From NCBI GenBank assembly GCA_951812735.1, contig OX638332.1, forward strand, positions 18,508-82,507: DNA of 64,000 bases. Reading direction: 5' to 3'. Below the pieces are notes generated by a model that saw nothing but the letters and a program-made list of their open reading frames with translations, was not told the DNA's origin and did no database searches. The translations under genes and the position numbers were made by a program. The DNA is from Candidatus Dadabacteria bacterium (GTDB lineage: Bacteria > Desulfobacterota_D > UBA1144 > Nemesobacterales > Nemesobacteraceae). Numbering within the stretch: the stretch's first letter is position 1; the number at the start of each line of letters is the position of its first letter. This document shows, piece after piece, positions 46,907 through 56,193 of the stretch.

Positions 46907-49894
46907 ATGAAGCTAATTTATCACGCCAAAGAACTCACTTTCAAAAATCTTTTCAAAAAATACGGGCTTGACCCAAGCAATGAGACGACCCTTTTTCTTC
47001 TTCCCGGGGTATCGGTTGTACAGGAAATAGAAGATTGCTACTCTGGCGGAGGGGTGTGGGGGAAAAACCTGCTCACGTTCAACGAACTTTCGGATTTTGT
47101 AAACGAGGCCTCCCCAAACCTGAAAAAGAAAAGGATATCAAGGACCCAGACATTATCGGTAACCAGAAAAGCGGCGGAGTTGGTCTCTGGAGACCTTGAG
47201 GTCTTCGGAAAATTCTCGCAGAACCGGGATTTTCTAGACGCCGTAGCTTCCATTGTTTCGAAACTTAAGCAAAGCAAAATTCCCGTGGAGGAACTTGCCG
47301 GGTCCGCCAAGAGAATCAAGGCGCGCGGCCTTCGCAAGAAACTCTCGGATATAAGGCTTGTTTACGAAAAATACGAGGCGCTTATCACCGAGAGAGGTTT
47401 TCTTGATGATGCGGATTCCGTCCGTGTCGTTTCAGGGGAGCTGGAGAGGGAAGGGATTGCCCCGTTTTTCCCGTCTGCGAGAAAGCTCGTTATCTTCGGT
47501 TTCTCCGATTTTACTCTCTGCGAACTTGACGTGATAAAAAGCCTTTCCTCGGCGGTCTCCGAGACTTTCTTTTTCCTAAGCGATTTCGGCGGTCTGGATG
47601 AATACAGAGACTGCTTTCTGGGCCGACTTCGCGAAGCAGAGGTGGCCTATGAAGAAAATTTCGCAATGACAGACGAAGTTCCCGAAGCCAAGACGCAAAG
47701 CAAGTTCAGTGAGTTTCGAGACTCTCACGACGAAATTGAATATGCCTCAAGGACGATTAAGAAGCTCATCCTGAATGAGGAGCGGAAAGCCTCTGATTTT
47801 AAGGTTCTTGTGAGGTCGGCGCAGAAACGCGATCGATCCATGATTCATATATTCGAGAAAAACGGAGTTGCCGTTGACATGAGAAACTCAGGAACCTTGG
47901 CCGGGAGCGTATACGGGCGCCTTGCGGGTGATATTCTCCGCCTCAAGTCAGGCAATTTTCACAGAAACGACCTGATCGGGCTTCTTCACAACCCGCTTTT
48001 TACTCTCTACCTGGGAGAGTCCGAATCCTCGCACCGTTGCGTTAACATGATAAAGGAGATTTCCTCCGCGGACCTGAAATACAGAACCGTAAGCGGCATT
48101 CCGGGTTGGAAGAGGATTCTTGAACACATAGTGGAGCGGGACGCCCGGCTCTCCGCGGTCGCCCATAATATAGGCTTGGCGCTTGATTCGGTATCGTCAA
48201 AGTTCGGCAGAAGAAGTTTCGCCGAGATGACCTCTGATCTCAGGAAGATTTCTTCAGAACTCAGAGTTTCCGAGAACTCGGCGCTGCTTATGGAGAGAAA
48301 TCAGACCACCAGGGAGTGTTTCGATGAGTTTTTCTCTTTTCTGAGGGAGCTTTCCTTTTCTTACGGAGAGTTTGATTTCCGGGTTTCAGGCCCCGGGGAG
48401 TATCTTTTTCTTCTGGATGAGTTCATGGGAGAGAGGACGGTTCCCTATAAAACTCCCTGCGACGGCGATTCGGAAAGGGTGAGCGTTACCGATTTCTCCT
48501 CGGCCCGCGGGATAAACCCGAAGTTTCTTTTCCTGATAGGTCTTTCGGACACTTCTTTTCCTTCCGCTCTTCCCGTGGACCCCGTGCTCAAACCCAGGGA
48601 GAAGGCGGAAATAAACCGGGTGCTAAAAAAAAGGGTGTTTGACGAGGAGGGTCTTCATTACGAGAAGGAAAAACATCTTTTCTCTACCCTTAGTGCCGCG
48701 GCTTCCGAGAAAGTATTTTTTTCCTGCTTCCGCTACGACCAGAAATCAAAGGATGTGAACCGCTCAGACTTTCTTGGGGAAATGGGGGTTTCTGCTGTGA
48801 AGAGGAGTTCCGGGGACTTTCCGGAACCGGGGGAGGTTTTTTCAGGGGAAGATGCTCTTTTTCACTGCCTTTCACCCTCGGGGGCAGCGTACGGCGATCC
48901 GAAGATTGCCGAGGTCCTGAAGCGGCAATATGGTTCCGATATAGTCGCTCATCTCTCCGGCGGCATTTCCGCTGAAAGGCGGAGGCTCGCGCTCGCAGGG
49001 GCCTATACGGGCTTTGAGGGAGTTCTCCTCAGCGCCCCTCCGAAACGGGACGCCTTCTCGCCCACAGAGCTTGAGGACTATGGGACATGTCCGTTTATGT
49101 ATTTTTCCAAGAGAGTGCTCGGGCTCAGGACGCTTGGGGATATCGATGAGCAAAGGGCTTCCCAGCTTGACCTGGGTTCGCTCGCTCACAATATGCTGAA
49201 AGAGCTAATGGAAACTGTTTTTGCCGGGGGCTCCGGTTCTGTTGGGACCAGCCGACTTCTTGACGCTTATGAGGAAGTAAAAGAGAAATACGAAGCCAGG
49301 TCCGGCGCTTTTTCCCATCTTCCGAAAAGCGTTGCGGAAATTGAGAAGAAGAGGTTTTTTGACCGCGTCCTGCCGAATTTTATCATGGACGAGGTTTTAA
49401 GGATCGAAAAGGATGAACATGCTCCCCGGTTTTTTGAGAAAGAAGTGGAGTTTCGCATGGCCGACGCGGTAATAAGAGGGAAGGTAGACAGGGTCGACGT
49501 TCACAAGCGCAACGTCGCGGTTATTGATTACAAGATCGGAAGGGTGAAGGACAGAAAATACTCTGATTTTAAAAATCTGCAGCTCCCGCTTTACCTGAGA
49601 GCCCTGTGCGAGGAGGGGTTTGTTCCCTCCTGGGGCCGTTATCTTTCAATCAGCAGGCCCGCGGACAACAGCTCTTTGCCCGAGGACTCCTCTTTTGATG
49701 AAGCGGTTTTGCTCAGCCACTACTACATAAAGGGCATAAGAAATGGTTTTTTCCCTCCCTACGTGGGGAAAAAGGAGCCGGACCAGGAAGAACATGCTCT
49801 CTACATGTCAAAGGGCCGTCCCTGTTCCTACTGCGATTACAGGGATCTTTGCAGGGTTAAAGACGGGGTGACCAGAAAGACCGGTCGCCTGTAA
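46907..49894 (+). CDS. addB: AddB-like helicase-nuclease subunit
   Basis: Inactive helicase-like N-terminus; FSPTELEDYGTCPF, RGKVDRVD..IDYK..QLPLY, CSYCDYRDLC (Fe-S staple cysteines). Confidence 0.8.
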   Translation: MKLIYHAKELTFKNLFKKYGLDPSNETTLFLLPGVSVVQEIEDCYSGGGVWGKNLLTFNELSDFVNEASPNLKKKRISRTQTLSVTRKAAELVSGDLEVFGKFSQNRDFLDAVASIVSKLKQSKIPVEELAGSAKRIKARGLRKKLSDIRLVYEKYEALITERGFLDDADSVRVVSGELEREGIAPFFPSARKLVIFGFSDFTLCELDVIKSLSSAVSETFFFLSDFGGLDEYRDCFLGRLREAEVAYEENFAMTDEVPEAKTQSKFSEFRDSHDEIEYASRTIKKLILNEERKASDFKVLVRSAQKRDRSMIHIFEKNGVAVDMRNSGTLAGSVYGRLAGDILRLKSGNFHRNDLIGLLHNPLFTLYLGESESSHRCVNMIKEISSADLKYRTVSGIPGWKRILEHIVERDARLSAVAHNIGLALDSVSSKFGRRSFAEMTSDLRKISSELRVSENSALLMERNQTTRECFDEFFSFLRELSFSYGEFDFRVSGPGEYLFLLDEFMGERTVPYKTPCDGDSERVSVTDFSSARGINPKFLFLIGLSDTSFPSALPVDPVLKPREKAEINRVLKKRVFDEEGLHYEKEKHLFSTLSAAASEKVFFSCFRYDQKSKDVNRSDFLGEMGVSAVKRSSGDFPEPGEVFSGEDALFHCLSPSGAAYGDPKIAEVLKRQYGSDIVAHLSGGISAERRRLALAGAYTGFEGVLLSAPPKRDAFSPTELEDYGTCPFMYFSKRVLGLRTLGDIDEQRASQLDLGSLAHNMLKELMETVFAGGSGSVGTSRLLDAYEEVKEKYEARSGAFSHLPKSVAEIEKKRFFDRVLPNFIMDEVLRIEKDEHAPRFFEKEVEFRMADAVIRGKVDRVDVHKRNVAVIDYKIGRVKDRKYSDFKNLQLPLYLRALCEEGFVPSWGRYLSISRPADNSSLPEDSSFDEAVLLSHYYIKGIRNGFFPPYVGKKEPDQEEHALYMSKGRPCSYCDYRDLCRVKDGVTRKTGRL

Positions 49895-49903
49895 GAAGAG
49901 ACT

Positions 49904-52900
49904 ATGGACAGGATTTCCAAATTTCTGGAGCTAAACGAAGAGCAGTCCCGGATACTGCCCTCCACGGGCAAAGTCGCCGTCAGGGCGGGAGCGGGGTCGG
50001 GAAAGACCAGGGCCATAATAGCCAGGTATCTTCGTATTCTCGAGGCCGACGAAGCGGATATTCCCCAGATCGTGGCCGTTACCTTTACGGAAGCCTCCGC
50101 GACGGAACTCAAATCCAGAATAAGCTCTGAAATCACAAAATATATCTCCACCTACGGACCTGAGGGAAACATAGCCGAGGGGTGGCGCAGGAAGTTCTTT
50201 TCCGCCCCCATAGGAACTATTCACGGCTTCTGTACGAAAATACTTAAAGAGAACATCTTCGATTCCAAGCTCCCATTCAGTTTTTCCGTGATTGAAGATT
50301 CGGAGCAGCCGGCCTTTTACGAACGCAATATCGGGAAATTTCTTCGGACGAGAATGGAAGAGGGCGATCCCCGCCTCGGGAGGCTGTTTGAGATGGAATC
50401 TTATGATTACGCAGAGATCGTAAAGATAATAGGAATGATACTGAAAGAAGCGGCAAAACTGCACTTGGTTCCACCTTTTCTCCATTACGGAGGCAATACG
50501 CGCCGCGAGGAACCTTCCGTCGATGAGCTTGAATCAATCGGCGGGGAGCTTCGTCGGTTGATCGGGGAGCATGTCTCCACCCTTTCCGCCAGGTCTAGGA
50601 AGAAAAAACTCATCCTTAGCGATCTCGGCGCAAAAATAGACATGACCCTGGGCATTGACCGCAACGTCCGCCACCTGCAGGCCGTTTACGAACAGATAAG
50701 AAGGGAGAGCCAAACGCCCGAAGTCGAGACATCGAGGCAGGCGCTTCTAAGGCAGTTGTTTTCTGTAGTGGAGCTTTATGATTCTAAGATCAATTCTCTT
50801 TACCTTGATTTATCGGGCGAAGCGTATGATTTCCTCGTGGAGACGAAAATCTCCGAGGAGAAAATAGAGTATGAGGACATGATACGTTTCACAATCGATC
50901 TTCTCACGGAAAATCCAGAGATACTGGCGTATTACAGAAGTTTCTTAAAGTTTATTATAGTTGATGAGTTCCAGGATACCGACTCTCTTCAGCTGGCACT
51001 TCTGGGACTTCTGACGGAAGGAGACCCGGCCGGCAATCTTATCGTGGTGGGCGATGTCAACCAGTCAGTTTACGGTTTCAGGGGCGCTCAGCCCGAGATG
51101 TTCGGGGACATACTTGAAGATGAGGATTTCGAGAAGATATCCTTTGCGACCAATTACCGCTCCCGCAGGAGCCTGATAGAGTTTTTCAATATCTTTTTCG
51201 CCGGGACCTTCTCCAAGGAATATTACGAGACGATGCAGGCACACTCTTCCGATCCCGCCCCCGGTACTTCCGTGGGAATCATCGCTTGCGAAGGTGAAAA
51301 CGCCAAGGAGTCTGCCGAAGCGGAGGCAAGGGCCGTGGCCTCGAGGATAAAGGAACTCCAGAGGAATTCCCGAGGAGAGATCGCCCTTCTGTTCAGACGG
51401 TCTTCAAACGTGGTCATATACGAGAATATCCTGACGGAGGAGGGAATAAGATTTCAGTCTCTTATAGGACGCGATTTCTACGACCTTCCCGAAGTGAGGG
51501 ACGTTATGTCCATGCTCAGGTATTTTCTCGACCCCCTTGACGTCATCGCGGAGGCGGCGGTGCTGAGGTCTCCCTACTTCGGGGCTTCTGATGACGAGCT
51601 TTTCTTCCATTTCCGCGGCGATAATGAAGACAAAAACGCCGCAAGAGCCCGGGAATACCTGCGGTTTCTCGGGGAGAAAAGAAAGGAATGCATCAACGGA
51701 GATGCTTTCGGGGCGGTTGATCTCGCTGTAAACGGACTTGGTTACTCCTCCGCGGCGCGGGCGCTTCCCGGCGGTGAAATAAAGCGTCTCAACCTGAAGA
51801 AACTTCTTCTTATGGCAGAAGACCTTGTTTCGGGGCAAGGATACGGGCTTTACCAGGTAGTGGAGCATTTTGATTCGCTGCGCGGTTCGCAGGAAGAACG
51901 GGCGTTTGAGGAAGTAGACGACGGCGGGACCGTGAAACTCATGACGGTGCATAAGGCCAAAGGGCTTGAGTTTGACACGGTTTTTCTCTGCCACACGAAC
52001 TACCAGAGGGTAGTTACGTCCGATAGGGTTATGGCGGATACTGAAGGAGGAGGATTCATAGTCAGGTACCCGGCGTTCTCTTCGGACAACTGGCAGCATC
52101 TTAAATCCCGCGCTGAAGCAAAAGAAGCCGAAGAGGAGAAAAGAGCCCTCTATGTGGCCATGACACGGGCCAAGAAAGAACTTTTCATATGCTTAAGCGG
52201 CAGCAGGGTGGCCAGGAAAAAGCAGATACAGGTGCGAAGGGGCAGCTTCGCGGAACTTGCCGATTCAAGGCTGTCTTTGTCTTCACGATGTCTTGAGATG
52301 CCCCAGGGATTTACCGACGAACCCTGGGGAATTTCCTTCCCGGGGCTCTATGAGGACGAAGCTTCAAAGGAATCTGCCTCTATTTCAGATGCCCCTTCTT
52401 TGGAACCGGAAATTCCTTTGGACCTTAAGTACGTGGAACCCATATACGGCAAGGAGGATGTGCCGAAACGGGCGGAAGCATCTTCGCTCCCGGACCTGTT
52501 TTCACCGACCGACCGCCTAAAGGATCCGGAGAGGGCGGGAAGCATAATGCACAGGTTCCTTGAGATCTGGGATTTCAGGGAGGAAACCGTCGAGAAAGAA
52601 ATTGAATTCGTCCTGGGGGAATTCCTCGTCTCAAACCCGAACATGAAGGATCTGCTGCGTGAGCTTTCCTCGAATTTTCTTTCTTCCGAGCTTCTTCCCC
52701 TTATTCGTGCGGCCAGAGAAGTCAGAAGGGAGCTCAAATTTGTCTTTCACCCCGGAGAGGGCGCTTCAAAAAGGGGCAGGATAGATCTTCTGACCGAAGA
52801 GGAAGGGGGAATGCGTCTTTTTGACTACAAGTACAGAAAATCGATGAATGACGACGTCCGTGAGGCTTACGAAGAGCAAATGGACGGTTACTGCGATGCC

Positions 52901-52978
52901 ATATGCTCAAGGTTCGAAAAGCCGCTGCTCTCGCGCCACATAGTCCTTATCCCGCAGGTTGAGCTTGTCTCCATATAA
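49904..52978 (+). CDS. addA: AddA-like UvrD helicase with C-terminal PD-(D/E)xK nuclease
   Basis: AGAGSGKT, TIHGFC, VDEFQDTD, VGDVNQSVYGFRGA, TVHKAKGLEF, YVAMTRAK, GRIDLL..DYK. Confidence 0.85.
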   Translation: MDRISKFLELNEEQSRILPSTGKVAVRAGAGSGKTRAIIARYLRILEADEADIPQIVAVTFTEASATELKSRISSEITKYISTYGPEGNIAEGWRRKFFSAPIGTIHGFCTKILKENIFDSKLPFSFSVIEDSEQPAFYERNIGKFLRTRMEEGDPRLGRLFEMESYDYAEIVKIIGMILKEAAKLHLVPPFLHYGGNTRREEPSVDELESIGGELRRLIGEHVSTLSARSRKKKLILSDLGAKIDMTLGIDRNVRHLQAVYEQIRRESQTPEVETSRQALLRQLFSVVELYDSKINSLYLDLSGEAYDFLVETKISEEKIEYEDMIRFTIDLLTENPEILAYYRSFLKFIIVDEFQDTDSLQLALLGLLTEGDPAGNLIVVGDVNQSVYGFRGAQPEMFGDILEDEDFEKISFATNYRSRRSLIEFFNIFFAGTFSKEYYETMQAHSSDPAPGTSVGIIACEGENAKESAEAEARAVASRIKELQRNSRGEIALLFRRSSNVVIYENILTEEGIRFQSLIGRDFYDLPEVRDVMSMLRYFLDPLDVIAEAAVLRSPYFGASDDELFFHFRGDNEDKNAARAREYLRFLGEKRKECINGDAFGAVDLAVNGLGYSSAARALPGGEIKRLNLKKLLLMAEDLVSGQGYGLYQVVEHFDSLRGSQEERAFEEVDDGGTVKLMTVHKAKGLEFDTVFLCHTNYQRVVTSDRVMADTEGGGFIVRYPAFSSDNWQHLKSRAEAKEAEEEKRALYVAMTRAKKELFICLSGSRVARKKQIQVRRGSFAELADSRLSLSSRCLEMPQGFTDEPWGISFPGLYEDEASKESASISDAPSLEPEIPLDLKYVEPIYGKEDVPKRAEASSLPDLFSPTDRLKDPERAGSIMHRFLEIWDFREETVEKEIEFVLGEFLVSNPNMKDLLRELSSNFLSSELLPLIRAAREVRRELKFVFHPGEGASKRGRIDLLTEEEGGMRLFDYKYRKSMNDDVREAYEEQMDGYCDAICSRFEKPLLSRHIVLIPQVELVSI

Positions 52979-52984
52979 AATTCC

Positions 52985-53677
52985 ATGAAAAAAACGGTCG
53001 TGATAATTCCGGTGCTTAACGAAGAGCGCTCCATAGGACAGGTAATCTCGGATATTCCCCGGGACCTCGTAACGGAGATAGTGGTTGTGAATAACGGCTC
53101 GACCGACTCCACCGCGCAGGTTGCTTCAGGCTGCGGAGCCACGGTCATAGACGAAGTTAGGAGGGGGTACGGGTGGGCATGCCTTGCGGGGATAGATTAC
53201 ATTAAGAACTCTTCCTATATGCCTGATATTATAGTATTTCTGGATGGAGACTATTCTGATTATCCGGGGGAAATGAAAACCCTTCTCTCCCCGATAACCA
53301 AGGGGGGATACGATCTCGTCATAGGATCAAGAACCATCGGTGAAAGACAGAAAGGAGCCCTTTTGCCCCAGGCCCTTGTGGGCAACTATGTGGCGACCAG
53401 GCTTATAAGACTGTTTTACGGAGTGAGCTTTACCGACCTTGGTCCCTTCAGGGCCATAAGATACGACAAGCTGCTTTCTCTTGGCATGAGAGACAAAACT
53501 TTCGGATGGACGGTCGAGATGCAGGTAAAGGCCGCAAAGAAAGGGCTTCGTTGCGCGGAGGTTCCGGTGAGTTACAGAAAAAGAATAGGAACTTCAAAAG
53601 TAACCGGAACAATCACGGGAAGCGTCATGGCCGGAGTGAAGATCATCTGGGTGATATTCAGGCAGCTTTTTTCGTAG
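52985..53677 (+). CDS. Glycosyltransferase family 2
   Basis: IIPVLNEE, NNGSTD, FLDGD.SD, DLGPFRAI, GWTVEMQ. Confidence 0.92.
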   Translation: MKKTVVIIPVLNEERSIGQVISDIPRDLVTEIVVVNNGSTDSTAQVASGCGATVIDEVRRGYGWACLAGIDYIKNSSYMPDIIVFLDGDYSDYPGEMKTLLSPITKGGYDLVIGSRTIGERQKGALLPQALVGNYVATRLIRLFYGVSFTDLGPFRAIRYDKLLSLGMRDKTFGWTVEMQVKAAKKGLRCAEVPVSYRKRIGTSKVTGTITGSVMAGVKIIWVIFRQLFS

Positions 53678-53691
53678 GGTTTTTTCGGGCG

Positions 53692-53765
53692 CGTCCCCGG
53701 CAGGATTCGAACCTGCGGCCTCAGGATTAGGAATCCTGCGCTCTATCCAACTGAGCTACGGGGAC
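53692..53765 (-). tRNA. tRNA-Arg(CCT)
   Basis: Reverse complement GTCCCCGTAGCTCAGTTGGATAGAGC...CAGGA-TTCCTAA-TCCTG...GGTTCGAATCC...CGGGGACG; no encoded CCA. Confidence 0.96.
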
Positions 53766-53804
53766 ACAGAAGGAAAAATGAGTCTACCCGCTTAAGTTTC
53801 CGCT

Positions 53805-54620
53805 TCAAGGGAAGACGGGGCCAAGCTCTATCTCGAAAACCTCGGACCAGCGTTTTCCGGTGATAAAGAAGGTGTCGGAAGCAGATTTCCAGGCAATACC
53901 GTTTAACACTTCCGCTTTTTCGGGAAGGCTCAGTCTTTTTCTTAATTCCCCGAGGCTTATACGTCTTTCCACCACACCGCTCTCCGGGTTTACGACCACG
54001 ATATCGTCTGAATGCCATATGTTGCAGTAGATTTTTCCCCCTGCGTATTCAAGTTCGTTAAGCCCCCTGACCGGGGATCCTCCCTCTTTTACGCTTAAGA
54101 CTTTTGCTACCCTGAAGCTCCTGGGGGAGAGAAAATACAGTTTTTCGGTTCCATCGCTCATTATGAGGTTAGTTCCGTCGTCGGTAAGCCCCCAGCCCTC
54201 TTTGGAGTAGGTAAACGATCCCTTGCGCCCCAGGTTTTCCTTGTCGTATATGAAACCCTGTCTGGATTTCCAGGTGAGCTGGTATATGCTGTCGCCCAGT
54301 ATGGTAAGGCCTTCGCCGAAGAACTCTCGGGAGAGGCTTGTCTTAGCAATCACCTCTCCCGTGGCCGGGTTGGTTTTTCTAAGAGATGACTTTCCGTAAA
54401 GGCCAGTACTTTCATAAAGAAAACCGTCTCTGTAGACAAACCCCTGAGTGAAGGCGGTCGGGTCGTGCGGAAAAGAGTTAAGCACCTTAAAGGTGATCTG
54501 GTCGGGAGGATTCTCCTTGGTTTCCGTCGTGGAACCTGCGGAGAAGATAAGGAGAAAGAGGCAGATAAAACCTGCTATACCCGGAAGGGTATCTATTCTT
54601 TTATGGTACTGCTTCCGCAT
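53805..54620 (-). CDS. Glutaminyl-peptide cyclotransferase (type I, beta-propeller)
   Basis: FTQG, YESTGLYG, FGEG, QLTW, EGWG, SDG, LNELE, LNGIA, TGKRW; N-terminal hydrophobic segment. Confidence 0.92.
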   Translation of the reverse strand: MRKQYHKRIDTLPGIAGFICLFLLIFSAGSTTETKENPPDQITFKVLNSFPHDPTAFTQGFVYRDGFLYESTGLYGKSSLRKTNPATGEVIAKTSLSREFFGEGLTILGDSIYQLTWKSRQGFIYDKENLGRKGSFTYSKEGWGLTDDGTNLIMSDGTEKLYFLSPRSFRVAKVLSVKEGGSPVRGLNELEYAGGKIYCNIWHSDDIVVVNPESGVVERRISLGELRKRLSLPEKAEVLNGIAWKSASDTFFITGKRWSEVFEIELGPVFP

Positions 54621-54768
54621 GGGGCTGATTCTAAGGCATAAATACCTCTTTTTGAAACCCGATAACGCTTTAAATCTTTCGCAAATTAAAAAGGAAGGCG
54701 GCATTTCTTCATGAATCCGGTTAGATAAATAGTGCTCTTAAATTTATTTAACAGGAGGAAACACCGCC

Positions 54769-55980
54769 ATGAGAGATTATACAGCGAAGAGCCCCAAAAA
54801 GGTAATTCAGATTAACCACGAGGAGCTTAGGGATCATCTAAGCTCCATAGTCACCGATACGGTAGAGGAAGTATTGAACAAGGTTCTTGACTCTGAAGCA
54901 GATGAGATGGTTGGGGCAGCGCGGTACGAGCGAAATTCGGATCGCCAGGACTATCGTTGCGGAAGCTACACAAGAAAGCTCCAGACCAAAACGGGGGAAG
55001 TTGAGCTTAAGGTACCCAAGCTTCGGGAGCAGAGATTCCAGACCGCTATAATAGAGCGGTACAGGCGAAGGGAGTCATCGGTGGAAGAAGCTCTGGTGGA
55101 GATGTACCTTGCGGGGGTATCCACGCGGCGGGTGGCGGATATTACAGAAGCACTTTGGGACACGCGGGTGAGTTCGGCCACGGTATCGAAGCTCAACTGT
55201 AGCGTGTACGAGCACATAGAGAAGTGGAGAAACAGGCCCATAGAGGGAGAGTTTCCCTATGTTTATCTTGACGGGGTGAGTCTCAAGCGCAGCTGGGGAG
55301 GAGAAGTGGGCAACGTATCGGTTCTTATAGCCATAGGGGTGGGCAGAGATGGTTATCGCAGGGTTCTGGGGGTTGTGGAGGGGGCGAAAGAGGACAAGGC
55401 CGGGTGGAGCGGGTTTCTGCGTCATCTTAATCAGAGGGGGCTTTGCGGGGTGCGGATGTTCATAAGCGACGCGTGTTTGGGGTTGGTTGAGAGCATAGGG
55501 GATTTTTACCCGGAGGCGCTTTGGCAGCGGTGCGTGGTTCACTTCTACAGAAACGTGTTCAGTCACGTGCCTCGGGGGAGAGTCAGGGAGGTGAGTCTGA
55601 TGTTAAAGGCCATACATGCTTCAGAGAGCAAGGAGGTCGCGAGGGCAAAAGCAAGGGAAGTTATAAAGAAGCTGAAAGAGATGCGACTGGGCTCGGCGGC
55701 TAAGTGGGTAGAGGAGAATATTGAACAGACTCTTGGTTACTACGGGTTTCCGTCTTCTCACTGGCGCAGGACCCGAACGAACAATCCGATGGAGAGGATC
55801 ATAAAGGAGATAAGGAGAAGATCCCGGGTGGTGGGGGCTTTCCCTGACGGGCAGAGCGCGTTGATGTTGTGTGCGGCGAGGTTAAGGCATATATCGGGGA
55901 CCAAGTGGGGAAGCAGGAGGTATCTGGACATGGATTTGCTGAGGGAAATGTACAGCAAGGAGAAAATTGAGGTAGGGTAA
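54769..55980 (+). CDS. IS256-family DDE transposase
   Basis: MYLAGVSTRRV, YLDG, ISDA, WQRCVVHFYRN, TNNPMERIIKEIRRR. Confidence 0.96.
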   Translation: MRDYTAKSPKKVIQINHEELRDHLSSIVTDTVEEVLNKVLDSEADEMVGAARYERNSDRQDYRCGSYTRKLQTKTGEVELKVPKLREQRFQTAIIERYRRRESSVEEALVEMYLAGVSTRRVADITEALWDTRVSSATVSKLNCSVYEHIEKWRNRPIEGEFPYVYLDGVSLKRSWGGEVGNVSVLIAIGVGRDGYRRVLGVVEGAKEDKAGWSGFLRHLNQRGLCGVRMFISDACLGLVESIGDFYPEALWQRCVVHFYRNVFSHVPRGRVREVSLMLKAIHASESKEVARAKAREVIKKLKEMRLGSAAKWVEENIEQTLGYYGFPSSHWRRTRTNNPMERIIKEIRRRSRVVGAFPDGQSALMLCAARLRHISGTKWGSRRYLDMDLLREMYSKEKIEVG

Positions 55981-55994
55981 TTGAACAACCGGAG

Positions 55995-56030
55995 TTCAGG
56001 AACAAAGACTCATGAGTCTTTGTTCCTGAA
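55995..56030. repeat. Perfect 36-bp palindrome inside the IS right end
   Basis: TTCAGGAACAAAGACTCA|TGAGTCTTTGTTCCTGAA. Confidence 0.95.
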
Positions 56031-56193
56031 ACTGAAGAAATGCTAAAAACTTAAATTTGCGAAAAATTCCGAACACTACCTGAAACCCCCATGTTTTTAT
56101 TGCATTTCAACTTCAGCTTTGATTTAATAAGGTGACTTTTGGCCGTCATTTGTTATTTAAGTGCGGTAAAAAATTATTGGAGGGGTAATTAGC

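Larger units (their letters stand above)
54661..56080 (+). mobile_element. IS256-family insertion sequence, 1420 bp
   Basis: Imperfect terminal IRs (21/30 match: GATAACGCTTTAAATCTTTCGCAAATTAAA vs GGTAGTGTTCGGAATTTTTCGCAAATTTAA); 8-bp target duplication TGAAACCC at 54653-54660 and 56081-56088. Confidence 0.93.

Noticed and set aside
46907..52978. Helicase plus nuclease pair next to a TA module as a novel defence system
   Set aside because: Gene order, motifs and Fe-S cysteines fit ordinary AddAB repair, and the Cas4-like cysteines are part of AddB.
54621..54704. N-terminal extension of the glutaminyl cyclase ORF
   Set aside because: It reads into the IS256 left end; ATG 54620 has a fitting -10 element.
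53692..56088. tRNA-Arg as the attachment site of an island
   Set aside because: No integrase or duplicated tRNA 3' end was seen; the IS has its own target duplication.
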